UHGV virus genome: UHGV-0382498
Reading direction: 5' to 3' (one strand)
Length of the DNA: 7,173 nt
Origin: a virus
The position numbers were made by a program, and so were the translations under genes. Of the stretch, positions 4,689 through 7,173 are shown in pieces. How positions within the stretch are numbered: position 1 is the stretch's first letter; every line of letters starts with the position of its first letter. Below the pieces are notes generated by a model that saw only the letters and a program-made list of their open reading frames with translations, was not told the origin of the DNA and did no database searches.

Positions 4689-5732
4689 ATGGAAGGAAAC
4701 TTAATAACCCTGGATAACGGGTTAGTCGTATCCGTTGACTGGCTGTCGTTCACGGTCATGTCAACGGCTGATGTTGTGGATGTGCTGGATATGTTCGGCT
4801 ATGTGATGGATGATTTCACACGGATGCCAAGGGGCGCACGTGGCTACAAGACCATGTTCCGGCTCAATGGCTATTCCCTTTCGGTTCTCTGTGACGGTAA
4901 TCCCGGCATGGGTATACATATTGATGTGGCTGGCTCCGCCATCGGCGAACTGGTCCGTAGCTTTTCGGAAACTTTGAAAGTGGATACCCCCTTCGGTGAG
5001 GGGTATGATATAGATTTTGACAGCACCTTCATGGTGGCTCTCCTGGAACGCATACGGGATAATGGTCATGTTACCAGGATTGATGTGGCGATTGATGATA
5101 TCGGCTGTAATTATTTTACCACGGATGATGTGTGCGGCCTGTATGGGAATACCCAGATTGTCTCAAAATTCCGCAACATGCGTAATGTTGTTGAATCCGA
5201 AGTCTCAGGTAAGAAAACAGGCCATACGGTATACTTTGGTAGCCGTACAAGTGACATATTTTTGAGGGTATACGATAAGCAGTTGGAACGCAACCGTAAG
5301 CTGTCCGCATCCGGTACCCATATTGATAATCCTTGGGTACGCTGGGAACTGGAACTTAAGAATGACCGGGCGGTCAGTGTATCCAAGATGCTTACGTCTG
5401 GTATCCCCTTGGGTGCTGTAGCTGTCGGTGTTTTGGGGCATTACATGAGGATGATTGAGCTTGATGATATCAACCGTTCAAGGTGTTCTACACATTCTGT
5501 CTGGGCTGATTTCATGGACGGGATATCGTCACTCAAGATAACGGTCGCAAAGTATGAAAAGACCATGGACGAGAAAAAGACCTGGATAAAAAGACAGGTC
5601 ATGCCCACCCTCGCCGCTGTCATCCTGGCAGATGGTGGTAGTCTTGAATTTGTGGAAGATAACTTGGAAAACGGTCTGAACCGTATGAATAAGTCATTAT
5701 ATAAAATGGCAATGGTTGAATTGGGTGGTTGA
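4689..5732 (+). CDS. rep: Rolling-circle replication initiation protein of the Rep_trans family (PF02486-like), 347 aa from ATG 4689
   Basis: GGAGG at 4679-4683 lies 5 nt before ATG 4689. The protein has family-type motifs: an N-terminal VDWLSFTV, RIDVAIDD, TVYFGSRTSDIFLRVYDK (a Tyr-containing block of the kind that carries the catalytic Tyr in this family) and WVRWELELK. The track ORF begins 12 nt earlier at TTG 4677. Confidence 0.85.
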   Translation: MEGNLITLDNGLVVSVDWLSFTVMSTADVVDVLDMFGYVMDDFTRMPRGARGYKTMFRLNGYSLSVLCDGNPGMGIHIDVAGSAIGELVRSFSETLKVDTPFGEGYDIDFDSTFMVALLERIRDNGHVTRIDVAIDDIGCNYFTTDDVCGLYGNTQIVSKFRNMRNVVESEVSGKKTGHTVYFGSRTSDIFLRVYDKQLERNRKLSASGTHIDNPWVRWELELKNDRAVSVSKMLTSGIPLGAVAVGVLGHYMRMIELDDINRSRCSTHSVWADFMDGISSLKITVAKYEKTMDEKKTWIKRQVMPTLAAVILADGGSLEFVEDNLENGLNRMNKSLYKMAMVELGG

Positions 5733-5772
5733 TATAGATTACAACTATCTCGTTAAACTACTGTTTCGCAAA

Positions 5773-5828
5773 TAGTTGCAGACAGGCGCCGTCCGGCGTG
5801 AAATTAGAAGTCCGGCGCCTTGCAACTA
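5773..5828. promoter_or_regulatory. Large composite hairpin downstream of rep. The outer stem is TAGTTGCA/TGCAACTA and the inner stem AGGCGCCG/CGGCGCCT (with a 3-nt bulge), around a 21-nt loop that contains a direct repeat of TCCGGCG. This is a candidate origin of ssDNA-to-dsDNA conversion or a packaging signal.
   Basis: Sixteen base pairs of stem can be read from the sequence. Adjacent are an additional inverted repeat CAACTAT (5742-5748)/ATAGTTG (5772-5778) and a palindrome TTTCGCGAAA (5847-5856). It lies in the non-coding 225-nt gap between rep and the next gene. Confidence 0.4.
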
Positions 5829-5878
5829 CCACCCTTATGGATGGGTTTTCGCGAAACATTGGGCCGTTTAACGAATAG

Positions 5879-5908
5879 TTGGTATTTATAACAACAATTC
5901 TATATAAA
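5879..5908 (+). promoter_or_regulatory. Candidate sigma-A-type promoter for the large downstream gene: TTGGTA, an 18-nt spacer, then TATAAA
   Basis: These are the only -35/-10-like hexamers in the AT-rich stretch before the RBS at 5944. This is a weak inference. Confidence 0.2.
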
Positions 5909-5957
5909 TCGATTGAAAACCCATTTAATAACTGAATAAATATAGGAGGTGGTTTCT

Positions 5958-7173
5958 GTGAGGTGTAAACGCTTCATGGCTGTTCTTGTTGCGCTTTCCT
6001 TATCGGTACTGTTTGTCTTTCCTGCGTTTGCATCCGTTGCTACGCCTTCCAATGCCTTACCGTCTGAATCATATCTTGGTTTTGTTCAGTCATTGGACGA
6101 ATATGCGGATGTTGCAACATCCAGTAATGCGACTCTATCTCAAGATTATATGGAAACGGATGGTTTTGACGCATTGGAAGCCCCTGTCCTTATGTCGTCT
6201 GGTGACGATTCCGTTGTTAATACGGTCAATCTTACCTCTGTCCAGATGTGTCTGTCTTATTATGATATGGCTGGGGTCATCCGTTATAAGGAGGTATGGT
6301 TGGATAAGAATGGTTATGCTTCCATGTCACTTCCTTCTGACTATGCATCACCTATATGGTTTGGTTTTGTCCTGCATAAAGGTGCATTACCTCCGGCTGG
6401 TAAATATAAGATGTCTGTACATTTTGGTAGTAACACTAACATTGTATATCAGTCCAGTTCCATCTGGTTTGGTGTCAGGCGTAATAATGTAAGTCAGCAG
6501 GAATCCAATTATTATGTTGATGGTTATTACTCCTCTGGCGATTTTAGGCTTTCTACTGATTTATCCATTGGTGCTTCTACAAGCCAGCTTAATATATCTA
6601 ATTTTTTGGCTTATGACTCTCCTGCACCGCCATATGGTGGCTATGTCAGCATTAATTTTACCCGTCTTTCCGGTGATGCGCCTGTACAGGGTGGTTCCCC
6701 TGATTCCGGCAATGTTGACCAGGACATTAACCAGAGTATTTCTAATAATACGGCCCAGCAGGTGGAACAGGGTGATACTATCATCGAATTAATAAAAAAT
6801 ACCATTCAGACTATTTCTTCTCAGCTTACGGCTTTTTGGAATCAGCTTGCTGGAGAGTTCACTAATCTTTACAATAAAATGAACCAGCAACATTCTGAGC
6901 AATTACAGGCCGACCGTCAAAATACAGACGATATGATAGCCGCTGGGGAATCGAATACCACGGACATTATCAATAACAACAACGCCAATACCGATAAAAT
7001 CACCAACGGTTATGATAACTCTGGTATGCTCTCTGAGAATGACCGATTAAACAATTCCCTTGATGAATACCAGAAAAAAGAGGATGAAGTTTTTAATCAG
7101 GCAAAGGATAAAGTCAACTCGTTTGAGTATGGCAATCACTTCGATAAGTTCACGGCTCCGCTGGCTGATATAT
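5958..7173 (+). CDS. Large secreted protein of at least 405 aa, 3'-truncated by the window end. It has a signal peptide (MRCKRFMAVLVALSLSVLFVFPAFA|SVATPSNA), a beta-rich middle and an Asn/Gln/Asp-rich, coiled-coil-like C-terminal region. It is a candidate receptor-binding (pIII-like) virion protein.
   Basis: AGGAGGTG at 5944-5951 lies 6 nt before GTG 5958, with an in-frame ATG at 5976. Frame 0 stays open to position 7173. I re-translated it manually; it is not in the supplied ORF track, presumably because it has no in-window stop. Its signal peptide and mature N-terminus SVATPS match those of ORF 440-1405. Confidence 0.75.
   Translation, partial: MRCKRFMAVLVALSLSVLFVFPAFASVATPSNALPSESYLGFVQSLDEYADVATSSNATLSQDYMETDGFDALEAPVLMSSGDDSVVNTVNLTSVQMCLSYYDMAGVIRYKEVWLDKNGYASMSLPSDYASPIWFGFVLHKGALPPAGKYKMSVHFGSNTNIVYQSSSIWFGVRRNNVSQQESNYYVDGYYSSGDFRLSTDLSIGASTSQLNISNFLAYDSPAPPYGGYVSINFTRLSGDAPVQGGSPDSGNVDQDINQSISNNTAQQVEQGDTIIELIKNTIQTISSQLTAFWNQLAGEFTNLYNKMNQQHSEQLQADRQNTDDMIAAGESNTTDIINNNNANTDKITNGYDNSGMLSENDRLNNSLDEYQKKEDEVFNQAKDKVNSFEYGNHFDKFTAPLADI

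Noticed and set aside
4761-5623. Several minus-strand and alternative-frame ORFs of 60-102 aa inside rep
   Set aside because: They are fully embedded in the Rep_trans coding sequence, which has clear family motifs. They have no translation signals.
5986-6792. Track ORFs 5986-6492 and 6514-6792 (Leu/Arg-rich, low-complexity translations)
   Set aside because: They are out-of-frame readings of the long frame-0 gene 5958-7173, which has an RBS and a signal peptide and is protein-like throughout.

Overview
The window reads as a near-complete filamentous-phage (Inoviridae-like) genome or prophage of the Gram-positive/Firmicutes type, with about 45% GC, strong AGGAGG ribosome-binding sites and Sec-type signal peptides. 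Almost all genes are on the + strand. The module order is: the 3' end of an upstream ORF; a cluster of very small membrane proteins (134-594); a pIII-like signal-peptide-plus-C-terminal-anchor protein (440-1405); three small coat-like genes, two of which are tandem paralogs with and without a signal peptide (1530-2165); a hairpin terminator; a 52-aa membrane protein; a Zot-family P-loop assembly ATPase (2365-3123); a divergent regulatory island holding a minus-strand RHH-type regulator, a four-copy iteron/operator array, a small acidic ORF and a minus-strand small membrane protein (3125-4219); an 81-aa protein of unknown function, ssDNA-binding only by position (4220-4465); a hairpin-rich intergenic region; a Rep_trans-family rolling-circle replication initiator (4689-5732); a second hairpin-rich intergenic region; and a long ORF of at least 405 aa encoding a secreted protein that runs off the window end (5958-7173). 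That last ORF is absent from the supplied six-frame track. I found no integrase, tRNA or CRISPR. Four plausible genes shorter than 60 aa are also missing from the track. Coordinates of non-ORF motifs may be off by about 1 nt.
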